DNA of 64,000 nucleotides from the human T2T-CHM13v2.0 reference genome, Homo sapiens, in the NCBI RefSeq assembly GCF_009914755.1, contig NC_060938.1; one strand, given 5' to 3'. Made by a program: the position numbers and the translations under genes. Under the pieces are notes generated by a model, which saw only the letters and a list, made by a program, of their open reading frames with translations, was not told where the DNA came from and did not search any database. Shown piece by piece: positions 37,011-56,960 of this stretch; the first letter of the stretch is position 1; each line of letters begins with the position of its first letter.

Positions 37011-37628
37011 AAATGAACACTAGTTAAAGTACTGCCCTAAGCATTTGTTAAACATCCACTAGAAGCTGAATTGGAGAATATCGTTTCAAGAAATGTTGCA
37101 ATTATAACTGGGTGTAGAAGGATTAGCAATATTTCAACAAATGGAGAGGAATGGAAACAAAATCCTGGAAGCACAGTGAGGCATGCTTGGTGGATCACTT
37201 ACATTGGATGAAAAACATGAGAGAAAGCTGATTTAGGGTAATTTTAGACAACTCTTGTTTCTGTATTCACCATGAGCAACCTGCCATTATCCAAAGACTT
37301 GGTCATCTGAAGTGAAAAATCTCTTCTTTTCCTCCTCACTGAGACCCACTTGGCTCTTTTAGAAACATGGCTTTTTGGTGATTGATTCAATAAGATTTTG
37401 TGATAGTTCCTGCCAGAGCTCCCATTTGACATTGCATAAATGCCTCTCAAATCTGAGCAGGACACAGCCGGTGCCTGGGATAGCTCGTAACGGATTGTCT
37501 CCATCTTTGTAAAGAACCCTATTCAGGCTGCATCGAGGCCACCCCAGACTAGCATTTCCTGACTTCCAACATTCTACTGAGAGTGCTGATGCCAGGTTAT
37601 CTAGGGAACAGAAACTGGGCCTGTGGCC

Positions 37629-37987
<359 letters not shown>

Positions 37988-38429
37988 TTGTATATTTTTT
38001 TCCTAGTTAGATTACTTACTATGGGAGTTTCTGGATTAACCATTCTTACAAGTGGGATCTCCTTCACAGGCACAAAAAAAGGTTCTATTACATATCTTCT
38101 TCCTCAAAACTAAAAAGAGTTAAGACCTTAAAAAGTGTGAGATCAAAAGCTTTTTTTTTTTGTCTGTTTGACTGAGTTTTATAAGAAGCATTAAATTTAA
38201 AGAAATTGAGAGTCTTATAGATGACAAGAAAATAATCCATGGGTTGGATTTTTCTCACAATGTGGAGATCAACTTCAAGAGGAGATGTATTAAGTAAAAT
38301 CTGATTTAGGATTAAAATTAAGATTTAAGTAAAGCTAGTAAATATGTTTTACACACACCCACACCCACACAATGCATTAGCATTTTTATGTAATTTTCTG
38401 TAAAGGGGCCATTCATAGGTTTACTGAGT

Positions 38430-39270
38430 AATACTGGTATGATCATTTATGTACACATTGTTGTATAGATGTATGTTTTCATTTTTCTTGGATATATATT
38501 TAGGAGTGTAATTTCTAGATCATATAATAATTCTATATATAACTTCTGAGAAACCACCAGACTCTGTCAAAGTGGCTGCACAGTTTTGCAGTGCCACCAG
38601 CAATGTATGAGACTTTCAGTCTCTCCGTCCTCACCAATATTTTTTATTATTTATCTTTTTTGATTGCAATCACCTTAGTGGGTATAAAATGGTTCCCCTT
38701 TGTGGTTTTGATTTGCGTTTCCCTGATGGCTCATGATGGTGAGCACATTTTCATGTGTATTGGCCATTTGTATATCTTCTTTGAAGAAGCGTTCATTTAA
38801 TTCTTTGCCTAGTTTAAATGGAGTTTTTATTTGCTTTTTATTATTTAGCTGCAAGAGCTCTTTATATATTCTTAATACAAGTTCTCTATGAGATATATGA
38901 TTTGCAATTATTTTCTCCCATTATAAGGATCTTTTCACCTTCTTGATGGTTCTTTTAAGCATTCGGTTCTTAAATTTTGAGAAAGTTCCATTTTATCTGC
39001 TTTTCCTTCGGTTGCTTGTACATTTGGTGCCGTATCTAAAAAGTCTACTGACTCAAGGTGAAGAAAATTTACTATGTTTTATTGTAAGACTTTTATCATT
39101 TTTGCTGTTAGATTTTAGGTCTATAATTCATTTTGAATTAATTTTTGTCTATAGCATGAGGAAGGGATCCCAATTTATTCTGTTGTATATGGCTATCTAG
39201 TTGTCCCAGTACCATTTGTTGAAAGACTATTCTTTCCAAATTTAATCGACACCCTTGCTGAAGACTGATT
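38430..39270 (-). mobile_element. L1MB-like ORF2 3' region
   Basis: caaagtggctgcacagttttgcagtgccaccagcaatgtatgag...ttgtggttttgatttgcgtttccctgatggc...ttgtcccagtaccatttgttgaaagact. Confidence 0.9.
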
Positions 39271-39326
39271 ATCTTTTGAAGATGATTTTATTATATCTAT
39301 ATTAGCTGTCCTGAAAAATAATTTCA

Positions 39327-39631
<305 letters not shown>

Positions 39632-41044
39632 TCAAATATGCCACCTCTGTTAACTATGCAAATCCTAACCATTGAAAAGAAAGTGTTTTATTACTAATTG
39701 ACAACTATAATTTATGGGCTAGTGATTATTTTATCTTCTTTGAAGTTAGAAATGCTATAGTATCAGTCAGAGATACTCTTTATATCTTCTCACTGAACAC
39801 TTTGATCAAATTTAACAGCATGAAGAGCTTTCCTGTGTGGTTGTGTGTGTGTGTGTTAGTATGTATGAACTAACAATGTGTTAACTTTCTTTATTAGTAC
39901 ATAATAGTGGAGTCATGTCTAAAGTGAATTAAGTTCTACAATCAGTGAAGACGTTGAAAAAAAGGAAAAATTAACCTGTTAAATTGTCTAGGCATAACTT
40001 ATTGGAATTTCAGCATCCAAGATTGGTTGATTGATCGATTTTTTAGCTTGCATTTAGAAGGAATTGGAATGGAGATTGAATGCCAATAAGTCTTTGTCAC
40101 ATTCATATTATTTTATTATTGAGAAGAATGGCCAAACATTACCTTTTCCCATCCATCTTTACGAAAGAACCCCTATCCAAAACTATTTTTACTAAAATAG
40201 ATAGATAGAAAAATCTGGCCAAGAGGGAAAAAAAGGTCATTAAAATTACAGATTAGTTGGTAATTCTATGTACTATTAAGGTTCATGATATTTGTTCATA
40301 GAAGTTATATTTAGTCCTTCATTATAAATTATTTTCTCTTATTTCATGTATAGTTCTTAATTATCTAGCAGCAGCAAAATGTGGCTGAAATAAGTGTAAG
40401 AAAAAGAAGTCTTTACTAAGTAATACAAAGCCTCAAAAATTATAAAAGATCAGGATCCCTAAGATTATCATTGAAATATATTGCACTTCCAATGAAAGAA
40501 GGTGTATGTTTTGTTCAACACGCTTAGTTTACACTTAGTTTAAAAAACACAAGTAAATGTACTTCCTGTTTGAAGGACTTCCACAGAAATGATTCACATA
40601 AGATCTTGTTCTGCTTAGCCATCCAGTTGCCCAGCCCCACTGAATTTATATTTATAGCATCTCTCATATCTACTTTCTAATCCACTTGACAACCCCTATA
40701 TGTTGCTGCTGGAAAATTACCACAGTCTTCTCTTCTTCTATTTTCATTTTATTCCTAATATGAACTCTCTAAAGTAAAATTCCATTCTGCTTTTCTGCTA
40801 AAATAATAAATAAACAAAAGCCCCCAAATCTCTCAATATTTTATTATAGTCCTAAGAACAGAGGTAAAAGATGTGCAAGTGTGGAGGAGGACGGTCTATT
40901 TCTTGGATATCAATTTCTGATTGAAGATGTTGATTAGATTGATATGTTGAATACATAATTCTGAAATATATTTAAATAGCCCCAAGGCTTCTATTGGACA
41001 CTTCGTAAATAGAATGCCACACAGTGTATATGATGTTAGCCAAT

Positions 41045-41493
41045 GTGTTAGTCAAGGTCTTATAACAAATAGATGCCAAGACTAGAATAAACACTCAAGA
41101 CATTTGTTAAGGATATCACCTGTAAGTAAATAAAAAGAGGGAGCCAGGGCAGGGAAGGAAGGCTGTCAGACCATGATGGACGTGTCACCATTAGTAAAGG
41201 AGGAGATAGAATGAAAGCATCTTAGTCTGAAGTGCAGTTCCCAGAAAAAGTAAACAAGATTGTCGGGCAGGTCTCAAGCCAAGCTTGCTCCTGAGAGGAA
41301 TACTGTGTTTCACAGGAATGGCCCCAGTGTGTATTGTAGGAATGGCCCCATCTTGGTGTCTCTACTGTGTTCAGTCACTGGCTAGGAGCAGCCTGAGGAA
41401 TCATAGGCTTGGTGCCTGGTATTGAATTTTTTAGTACAGCAGCTGGATCCCCCCATAGCTAGGGATCTGAAAATGCACCGTCATGGTCAACAC
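41045..41493 (-). mobile_element. LTR16A/B-like (ERVL) solo LTR
   Basis: tgtgttagtcaaggtc..agatgccaagac..gagggagcc..gtcagacc..cagtcactggctaggagcagcc..catggtcaacaca. Confidence 0.75.
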
Positions 41494-41574
41494 AGGTGTA
41501 CAATGCACCCCAAAAAGAATAATTTCCATTTAGATCATGTTTTGGGGCTTGCAATGGCTTAGAAATATGGAAGA

Positions 41575-41945
<371 letters not shown>

Positions 41946-42044
41946 TCATATCACAATACTTCTGAGTAATGAAGTCCTCAGGGTCTTCCTGAGACAGAAG
42001 AGCAAGCTTTGATGCAACTGTTTCAAGGTGATTGTCCCCTTTGA

Positions 42045-44745
42045 CATTTCCAACAGAGGTATACCTAAGTTCCAGCTCCTACGCACCTTCAGCAACACTT
42101 GGTAATGCCAGACTTAAATTTTAGCCAGCCTCATAGGTGTATAGTTGTAACTCATAGATCATGCCTTTGATGTCGTATCCAAGAATTCTTTCCCTTACCC
42201 TAAGTGACAAATATTTTTCTCCTATGTTTTTCAGTTTTATAGTTCTAGTTTCACATTTAGGTCTCTGATCCAGTTTGACTTAATTTTTCTATACAAGGTG
42301 AGGTATCCATCAAAGTTATTTTTTAAAAAATATGCATATCCTATTGCCCCAACATAATTTTTTATAATAGTTATAATTTCTCCACTGGATTGCCTTTGAT
42401 CATTTACTACAAATCAGTTGCCTGTGTATGTAGGCTATTCATTCTATTCCATTGATCTTTGACTGCTTGGAGGCGAATATCATACTGTCTTAATTTCTAT
42501 AGCTTTATAATAAGTCTTTAAGTCAAATAATGTGACACTTCAACTTTGCTTTCAAAGTTATTTTGGCTATTCTAGAGGTTTTTATAATTTCAATATAAAT
42601 TTTAGAATCTACTTCTTTCTGTAAAAAATACCTGATTGAATTTCAGTTTAGATTATGTTGAATCTATAGATAAATTATGAGATAATTGGCATCTCAATTA
42701 TATCAAATCTTCTATTCCATGCACATGGTATATCTCACCATATATTTAGGTCCTCTTCAATTTATCTCAACAATAGTATTATAGTTTTCAGCACACAGGT
42801 CTTATACATTTTTGTCAAGTTTATCCTTAAATATTTCATACTTTTTCTCACTATTAAAATGACTATTTTAACTTTGATTTCTCTATGTTCTTTGTTAGTG
42901 TTACTCATTTTTTGTATGTTGGCCCTCAGTTTAAACTTGCTAACTGATTTATTCTAGTTTTTTTGTAGATTCTGACTTCTATACATTTTCTACTTAAAAT
43001 ATCCTGTCTTTGAATAAAGACAATTTTACATTTTCCTTTCCAATCAGAGTGACTGTTATTTTTCTGTCTAACTTTATTACATCAGTGAGAACTCCCCACT
43101 CCTGCAGTATATTGATGAATAGAAGTAGTAACAAGGACATCTTTACCTTGTTCCTAATCATTAGGGGAAAAACTTTCGGTCTTACTATTAAGTATGATGT
43201 TATCTCTAGGTTTCTTAATAGATGTCATTTATCAGATTGAGAGAGCTCAATTCTGTTTGTAGTTTGCTGAAATTGTACCGAAGTGGCTTTGTAGTTCGTC
43301 AAGTGCATCATCTATGTCTATCAAGATAATCTTAGGGTTTTCTTCTTAGCTTACTAACGTGATGACATTCCTGGGACAGAACCCACTTGACGATAATATA
43401 TTATTTATTTTATATTTCATTAGACTGTATATTACATGAATTTAAACAATAGGGGAAAATCTTCTGTACTTAGCCGGTTGTTTACCATTGCTAGTGTCCT
43501 TCATTAACATGTTGATCTATAGTTCCATCTGGCATTTTTCTTCTATCTTGTAGTACAGATCTGATGGTGGTAAATTATTTCTATTTTTGTATGTCTGAGA
43601 AGTCTCTCTTGACCCTGTTTTTAAAAGATATTTTTGCTTGAGATAAAATTCTAGATTGACAGTTTTCTTTTCTTTCTGAATTCAAAAGATGTGCTCCATT
43701 ATTGTATTAATTTCCATTTTTTCTAAGAAGAAATATGCTGCCATGCTTTCCTTCCTTCCTCTAAGTGTGGTTTGATTTTCCCCCATTCAGTTGCTTTTAA
43801 GATTTGCTCTTTATTACTGGTTTTGAGCAATTTGATTATGATGTGCCTTGGTATGGATTTCTTCATGTTTCTTGTCTCTTGGGTTTGGTGAGTTTCTTAA
43901 ATCTATCAACCTATAGTTTCATTGTATTTGGAAACTTTTTAGCAAGTATTCCTTCAAATACTTTCTGTCCTCTTATTTGAAGATTCTAATTCCACATTTA
44001 TTTGGCTTTTTGATGTTGCCCTATAGCCTCCTGATGCTACTTTTACTTTTTTAAATGTTTATTTGTGTTTAATTCTGCATAGTTTCTATTGCTATGTCTT
44101 AAAGTTTATGAATCTTTCCTTCTGCAAAATCTAATCTGCTTTTAATCCCACCTAGTGTATTTTTCATCTCAATTATTGAAGGTTTCATCTGCAGAATTTC
44201 TTTTTATGTTTCTCAAGTCACTATTTGTTGAATATATGAAATACAGTTATAAATAACAACTGTGATGTTCTTGTCTTCTAATTTTTAATAACTGTTTCAA
44301 TTCTGGGTCAGTTTCCATTGATTTATCTTTCTCCTCAATATATGTCATGTGTTCTTGCTTCTTTTTTTTTTTTTGGAGACAGAGTCTCTGTTGTCCAGGC
44401 TGGAGTGCAGTGGCACGATCTTGGCTTACTGCAACCTCCACCTCCAAGGTTCAAGTGATCCTCCTGCCTCAGCCCCCCTAGTAGCTGTGATTACAGGCAG
44501 TCTCCACCATGCCTGGCTAACTTTTGCATTTTTAGTAGAGACAGGGTTTTGCCATGTTGGCCAAGCTGGCCTCGAACTCCTAACCTCAGGTGATCCAACA
44601 GCCTTGGCCTCCCAAAATGCTGGGATTACAGGCATGAGCCACTGCACTCAGCCTGTTCTTGCTTCTTTGTCTGTAAGCTTTGATTAGGTGCTTGACATTA
44701 TTAATGTTATCCTGCTAGATGCCTATTTTTGTATCCTAAAAGTAC
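42045..44745 (-). mobile_element. Old L1M fragments (ORF2 and 5' region), split by an Alu
   Basis: Several degenerate L1 motifs, e.g. tatagctttataataagtctt, ttgaatctatagataaatt, ttttacattttcctttccaat, agcaatttgattatgatgtgccttgg. Confidence 0.8.
44362..44653 (-). mobile_element. Alu (Jb/Sz-like)
   Basis: TSD tgttcttgcttcttt (44350-44364 / 44654-44668). Confidence 0.93.
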
Positions 44746-44882
44746 AAAAATTTCAACAATTATTTTTAATCATTGGCCCTTATAATATGTTTCTCATCTC
44801 TTACAAGAATTGGGGATTTGCATAGTTAGGGCTGGCAAAAACTAGTGGTTAGGAAATACCAAAGATTTCTAGTTGCATCTGC

Positions 44883-45317
44883 TGTAATAGTTTACTTGTG
44901 CTGCTGTAACAGGAAATTACAGACTGTGTAATTTACAAAGAACAGAAATTTATTTTCTCACAGTGTTGGAAGCTGAGAAGTCCAAGATCAAGATACTGGT
45001 AGTTTCATTTGTCTGATGAAGTCTGCATCCTCTGGAGGAGAGGAACACCTTGTCCTCACATGGTGGAAGGCAGAAAGGCAAGCTAGCTCCATGACACAAC
45101 TTTACTTATGTAACAAACCTGCACTTGTACCCCGAACTTAAAAGTTAAAAAAATACTAAATAAATAAATACAGCATAGACATGTCAGAAAAAAATGTTGT
45201 GTGGTGCCTCTTTTAAAAGTTTCTTCATCTCATTAATGAAGGAGCTGCTGTCTATCAATGAGAGCAGTTCTTATTGATAACACCTGAATTTTGCAGGGGA
45301 CATATTCAAAACATAGC
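44883..45317 (-). mobile_element. MST (MSTB1/C-like) solo LTR
   Basis: tgctgctgtaacagg..cagactgtgtaattta..ctgagaagtccaagatcaag..tcctcacatggtggaaggcag...ggggacatattcaaaacatagca. Confidence 0.85.
45089..45194 (+). mobile_element. Tiny L1PA 3' end nested in the MST LTR, with extra 3' sequence
   Basis: ccatgacacaactttacttatgtaacaaacctgcacttgtaccccgaacttaaaagttaaaaaaa is the L1PA terminus. Confidence 0.8.
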
Positions 45318-46337
45318 ATCTGCCTAGAATGATTCCAGATAAATTGCACCCATGATATTTATTTCTCTCCTGCCAAAAAGTAAGCCCATATTATTAATGG
45401 AACATTTAGCATGCTGTAAGTAACAAATAACTACAATTGGCTGAATATTTTCTTGGAAATATTGAGATCCAGATTCAATTATCTAATTCCATCATTCATA
45501 ATGGCAGTAGTTCACACGTTTAATATTTCCTTATAGCATTCTTGTCTCTCTTGAGTAAAATATCCAATTAAGTTTGGCTGTCTAGATTATTTAGAAAAAT
45601 ATATTCAGAAAAATACAAGGAGAAAAGTATCAAGTACTTTGAAATACCTAACTAGGCCATAAACCTATTTCTTTTACTATATCTTAGCATTTTATTCTTA
45701 ATTTTTGTTATTTATCACTCTTATCAGTGCAAGACTCCTGCTTGGACACTCCCCAAGGCATTTTGGCATTTTACTGAGCATCTACCTATAGTGTTTTGAA
45801 TTATAAAGATTAAACTACTTCACGGTTAAATCTCTTTCTATATACTGGGCCTTTTCCTGTTGCAAAAGTAGATTTGTTTTCTAATGGTTATTGAAAAGAA
45901 TTTAGTTTGAAACTCAAGGGAAAAGCCAAGAAAATTTATGCTTGGCGTAGTGAACATTCAGAGTAGTATGGGTGTTGGCCTTCTCTTTTTTCTTTTCACA
46001 TTTGCACATACCCATGGGGCAGTGAATATTTGCTATTGCACAATAAAAAGCATAATTCTTGTGCAGTTGAGTAATAGTCTATGGTTGTATTTACATGATC
46101 TCAGTCTAGTGAAGTAGATAACTTCAGAGGTCAGGAAGAAATTTCACATAGGCACATTATAAATAGTGTGTTTGTGAGAGGAGGCTGTGGATGTATGAGG
46201 TTGAAGTCCAAATCCTGCTGCAGACATAATAGCAGAAAGGATTCATGATTACTTTATATCCTATGGATGTCTAGTTTTAGTTGCTTCTAAAGAATGCCCC
46301 CATAGAACATTATATTTACTGCCTTTCACGACAAGTA

Positions 46338-46723
46338 TGATATGGTTTTGGCTCTGTGTCCCCACCCAAATCTCATCTCAAATTTTAATTCCCATAATCC
46401 CCATGTATCAAGAGTAGGATCAGGTGGAGGTAATAGGGTCTGGATCATGGGGGCTGTTTCCTCCACGCTGTTCTCGTGATGGTGAGTGAGTTCTCACGAG
46501 ATCTGATGGTTTTATAAGCATGTGGCATTTCCCGTGCTTGCACTCACTTCACCCTGCTGCCCTGTGAAGAAGGTGCCTGCTTCTCCTTTGCCTTCCACCA
46601 TGATTATAAGTTTCCTGATGCCTCCCGAGCAATGTAGAACTGTGAGTCAGTTGAAACTCTTTCTTCTATAAATTACCCAGTCTCGGGTATTTCTTCATAG
46701 CAGCGTGAGAACGGACTAATACA
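46338..46723 (+). mobile_element. THE1 (THE1D-like) solo LTR
   Basis: tgatatggttttggctctgtgtccccacccaaatctcatct...gagaacggactaataca. TSD aagta / aagtg. Confidence 0.95.
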
Positions 46724-47271
46724 AAGTGTTTCTTTTTAAAGCAAATAAAGTGAGATTTTAATTATGAGACTTAGAAAATTTTAACTGTCGGTACATTTAA
46801 AAGCATTAAATATTTAAAATAACTTTATTTATAAGACACTCTGTATTTCACATTTCTCCGATAGTGACATCAGATTTATAATTTTGAAGAGACAGATCTA
46901 CTGATGATACTTCAGTGATTCTTCTTAGTTGCAGAAAAATATGTCTCAGAATGAGTCTTTTTGCTATGTTTAATAATAGAACAGAATTGGAAGAATTGAC
47001 AAAAAAGTGACAATCCAGTCATAGAATAAAGAATATATGGATATAACCCTGCAAAAAACTGAATTATTTAAACAAAGCACAGAAGGATACATTATGGTCA
47101 CCTATAAGATCTCAAATTGTGGAATAATTTTTCAACAAAGACCTCATCAGTCAAAAGTCAGAAAGCCATGGTAAGCTCTGAAGATCTTTACATCCTGAAG
47201 GAGGAAAAGAGATTTTCCATACCTTTCTAAAAGCACCGTCTTATTTATGTGTTAAAATATTGAGTGATATT

Positions 47272-47850
<579 letters not shown>

Positions 47851-49609
47851 AGAATATTGGGTGATAACATTACTTTGAGATATTATTTGATGTTGTTTTT
47901 AGACTCAATAATCATTGTTTTCATTTAATTCAGAGAAAACTTTAAAATATGTAAGTGATTATGTTTTATAATTTTTTTGTTCTGGAATGTCTCTATTCTG
48001 CTGCTACTCTTAGTTCTTTCACCCTTCGATGAATCATATTTAAGAACATAGGAACTTTCTGTAAAGAACGGATTGTCAAAAATTTTTATTGACCCTGTTG
48101 AAAATATATGGGTGGGTATTTCTAAACAGCTTTCCACTGCTCCATAGAATAATACCACAGTAAGGGGTAAATAGTGGAAAGAAAAAGTGTGGCCTTTGAG
48201 GCAGAAGCACGTTGAGAAGTGGTAAAATTCTGAACCAGCCATCTCACATGTCACCAACTTGAAAATAGTGTTTGGGGCAATCAAGGTTTCTACTTATTTT
48301 TTTGTTAAATCTTCCTGCCCTGAAATGAGTCACTGCTTTTTCTGAGCATGGGAGCAGCATCTTACTCAATACAGAAGCAGAATAACATTCAAGCTATATA
48401 ATTTTTCTCAAAGCATTTTTCTCTCGATGTATTACTTTTTATTTTATATATTTCATTCACATTGGGAAGGTGTGAGGTAAAATAGCAACAATGCAGTATA
48501 AAAGTAATGCATCCTTGCATTGAACATATTTTCCAAACAAACATCATGAGCTATATGAAATTCCTTACCCAGTAAAGGATAAAATTTAAAAGAGAGTGAG
48601 AACGAATGGAAGGCTGAGTGCAATACAAATGACAATTTATGATTATTACAATCATATAATTTTTATATCTTTCTATGAGGTTTGTGATATGGGAAAATGG
48701 AAAGGGAAATATGAAGAGAACACTAAGAGGGAAAGTTGAAAGAGGAAAATAGTAGAGCGCTTTGTACCTGGGATCTGCTAACAGGTAGAGGGAACCAGTT
48801 GGAACATTCACCATGATTACTGGGAGAAGGTGCTGGGAACTGACCTGATTGGGTAGTGAGTTTACTCAAGGCAAACAGGAGCTCAGTCAGAAGAATCCAA
48901 ACTGTTGTCAAGCAAAAGGCAAATATTCAAACTAAGAAGATGATCCAAGCATTAAAATCAAGAAATGAGACAAGGTGATCACGGGATCTGAACTTGGGGG
49001 ACATATGATATTGAGTCAGGATATAGAATACAAAGGAATATGGAAGAAGAGGTTCAGGGTCAGTAAGGTCTTGGAAGCCTCCATGAGAATGATGCTTTCA
49101 CCATGTTGCACAGACAAGTTCCTTGGAACTAGCCACTTTGCATCTCTTGCCAGTGGACACTATGGTTCAGACATACTGACTTCTCTGATTTCTGAAAGGC
49201 CTCAGAAAGATTCTTAAACTTAAAATTTTAATAAAATGTGATAAGCATTCCTTTATAAAATGTGATAAGCACTGTAATAAAGGCAACCAGTACTACGGGA
49301 ATTTATTGGAGTGTCCACATGGCTTCTGTGTTTGTTGGACAGAATGAACAAATTGTTTAGGGAATACCATGTTCAGGCAGTGCTCTCAAACATTTCCTTG
49401 AATATCTCCTACTGTGAAAGTTCTTCAACACCTTCCATCATGAGATTAGGTGACCTTAGAGCAAGTTATACAGAAAAGTAGGAATCTGACAAAAACTGAC
49501 AATGAATAAATGATATTATCGCCCAATTAATGTAAATAAGAATAATTGTTTTGAGCACTCAACCATGTCTTTTGCTTTTTTGATAATCTTGTTTCATTTC
49601 CTGTAGACT

Positions 49610-50870
<1,261 letters not shown>

Positions 50871-51239
50871 AGTATTTATAAAAAGTATATAAAGAGTTAA
50901 GTGGTACAAGAGGAGTGATTCAAGCTGAAAGATAAAATAAACTTTTCATTGTTTAATAACTTTTCTAAGTTACAAAAAATCTTATCTCTCACCTCTATCT
51001 CAGAATTATTTCAAAAATAAGTCAGTTTGCCACCAATTGAGTCCATACGTCTTTTCCTTTTCCTTTCCTTTTCTTTTCTTTTTCTCATTTCTTATTTCTT
51101 CTTTTCTCATCCCCACCCCCAAATATTGGGCTACTTGAATTTGTATCTTCTTTTTTTCACCAATTTTGAGACAGTCCAAGACATTGTGTCTTCAAAGATT
51201 GCTACTTCCTCATTATGCCTTCTTCCTTAGTTATTCACG

Positions 51240-52230
51240 TTAGACTTTAATTTGTTCTGTACGTCTTTGTAATTTTCTTTCAGGTTTTCCAACTACTTGA
51301 TTCTTTCTATTCTAATTTTTTTTATAACTGACATACAGTTTATTACTTTTCAATGATTCTAATCTGACCTAAATTTGTTCATGAAATTTTACTTTTAATG
51401 GTTAGATTTTTAATTTTGGAAATGTTAATTTATTTCCTTTTAAAGCTGTCCTTTTGTTAATTAATCATATTTTACTTTTTGACATGTATTCAGTCTTCTC
51501 TTACATTTTTCAAACCTACTGAATCTGTGTGTGTGTGTGTGTGTGTGTCTTTCTTTATAATAAATCCCAGTCTCTAACATTTTTGCACTTCTGATTCTGT
51601 TGTTATTTTCGCTGGCTTCTTCTCATGGTACCTTTTTCCTTTGTGAGCTGGTGACTTATTTTATCTGTGGCTCATATTGCTTAGAAGTTTAACTGTGAGG
51701 AATATTTGCGTGAGTTCCTTCAGAGAGGATGTGAATATGCTTCTGACAGTTTCTGGTGGGGCGTGGTCAATGTTAGACCCTTGAAATGAAATACTTTACC
51801 TGAGAAGGGCCTTCTCCTTCCACCAGTTGTGTAAGTTTAGGCTGAAAAATTACATGAGAACAGGCCTCAGAGAAGACACTATGTTCTATATCTAGCACTA
51901 AGGCTCAAGACAGGGCCTGGGTATAGAAGAAGAGGATGACAAAACTAGATTATCTCTTCTTTGCTTTTATAAAAATATGTAATCTGTGAAGCAAAGCTGA
52001 TGTTCATCATGGTTCAGTAAGCGGCTGTGGATAAAGGGCTCTTCAGTTCTCTGAGACTCTTTCTGTACTTATTTTCACATTGTCTTTGGCATATGAAGAT
52101 TTCTTTTTTTGGGCCAGCTTATCGTGCAATCAAAGCAATGCTTTTCATATAACTGACATTGTTAGATTTTATAATGAGAAGGTGTAAGAAGGTAATGCAG
52201 GATATAAAGTGTACCATATCACTGGCAAAG
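51240..52230 (-). mobile_element. Very old L1ME/HAL1-like fragment containing (TG)n at ~51526-51548
   Basis: T-rich degenerate L1 5'/ORF1-like sequence (gctggcttcttctcatggta..tttttcctttgtg; cttcagagaggatgtg). Confidence 0.45.
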
Positions 52231-52327
52231 GAAATGTAAACTTTGTAAGTTTTTACTCTACAAAAGGAAAAACATTTACAGAATATGACAGGCAATTAAA
52301 ATGCTCACAAAAAATGTATAATTTACC

Positions 52328-52557
52328 TTCATGGGATTAATTGTGTTTGAGTTCTAATACCCAGTACTTTAGAATGTGACCTTATGTGAAGATAGGGTCT
52401 TTATAGAGATGATAAAGTTAAAATGAGGTCATTAGAGTAGAACTTACTTCAGTATAACTGGTGTTCTTATAAAAAGGGGAAATCTTGGACACAGGGACAG
52501 ACAAACAGGCATAGGAAGAATGTCAAAAAATGATTGGAGCTATGCTGCCTCAAGCCT
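52328..52557 (+). mobile_element. MLT1B/C 5' half
   Basis: cccagtactttagaatgtgaccttat..gatagggtcttta..agttaaaatgaggtcattag. Confidence 0.85.
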
Positions 52558-52561
52558 AGAA

Positions 52562-52780
52562 AGCTAATACTCTAACATTTATTTACTATTCACTATGCAC
52601 CAGATACTCTTTTCTGTGCTTTACATGTATTAACTCATTTAATATTAAACTCTGTGCGGTGATGACTATTGTCATTCCTATATTACAAATAAATTAACTG
52701 ATGTACCGGGAGGTCTAGTAAGTTACCAAGGATACACAGCCGGTAAGTGAAAAACTGAAATTCAAACTCAGGTAGACCAA
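52562..52780 (-). mobile_element. MIR
   Basis: tgctttacatgtattaactcatttaat...aagttaccaaggatacacagccggtaagtg..attcaaactcagg. Confidence 0.85.
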
Positions 52781-53189
52781 AGTGTGCATATCCTCTATAA
52801 AACATATTTTAGTACTGATTTTTATGCAAAGCTTCTAAAGTGTGTACACTTGTCTGCTTGATGTGTCTTTGATATAATCCAGCCACTGCTAATAGCCAGG
52901 AAATAGAGCAAAAGCCTTTCTAACGTTTCTTGATCTGCCTTCATGTTTGTCTCTTTCTTTTCTTATTTTCAGTCTTCTAGCTTCCATTTTTTGCTTTTAA
53001 TGATTTTTATGAACACATTTTATCTAATTTAGTTGAGCATAGTCCCTTCTTGCTGATACTCTAATTACCTGTCACTTTGACTCTACATATGAACAGCTAC
53101 AGGGAAGAGGCAACCTTATTCTTTTAGTGGGATTCATACCCACTCAGCCATCTCTCTACCACTTGCTGCACAAGGAGGGATCGGCCAGG

Positions 53190-53400
53190 AAGGTTAAAAC
53201 GGCAAAAGCATTAGAATCAGATAAATCAATGCTTGAATGATAGCCCCAACTACTTGGAAGTACATGACCATTTCTGAGTCATTTAAACCCTCAGCCACAT
53301 GGAATAAGGGAACAATGCTACCCTTCTCACAGGACTCTTATTTGGAAAACATTAAATATGACTAATAAAACACTCAATAAATAGAAACATGACAATGATA
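53190..53400 (+). mobile_element. MIR fragment
   Basis: gcattagaatcagata..ttgaat..gagtcatttaaaccctcagcc. Confidence 0.55.
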
Positions 53401-54054
53401 ATGATGCAGCTGCCAGAGTTGATGGCAGCTGAATTCAATGGCTGGTTGGAAATTGAATTGTCTAGAAACCAATAATGGTGTAAATAAATCCCATGTAACT
53501 TGGGTGCAATTTTTAAAGGTAATCTTTGTTGATGACAGGCCTTAAAACCTTGTAATTTATTCAGTGAGAAAGTTTGTGTTCGTATGATGTGCTTCTTATA
53601 GTATTTTCAGTAACTGCGTTCTTTTCCACAATTTGTTCTTCATGTCAGCCTGAGGAATGACTTGCTCCACAGTTGGGTGTATGATTATCATATATCATGT
53701 GTGATATTTAGCTGTAGCATTTACACTAGAAAAAAATAAAAGAGTTTCTGGATCCTTTGAAACTCAGCTGCCTCAATCCAATGAACAAGTCACTTCTAGC
53801 ACCACAAGAGGCCAGGGGCACTACAAAGACACTGGAAAATTAATGACCTAGAGTCAATAGTTCTATTAAAGCTATTATTGAATAGGTAAAGACATTTCAT
53901 AATATCTGCAGGGGGAAACCTGACAAAAACGTAAGAGGATTGTTTTAGTTAGTAAAACACAATTGTCCTTTTTGATTTGCTAATTAATTTAGAAGATTCA
54001 AATGCAGAAATAATTATGCAGAAAACAGTCCATGATATGATGAAATGGAGGGAC

Positions 54055-56960
<2,906 letters not shown>

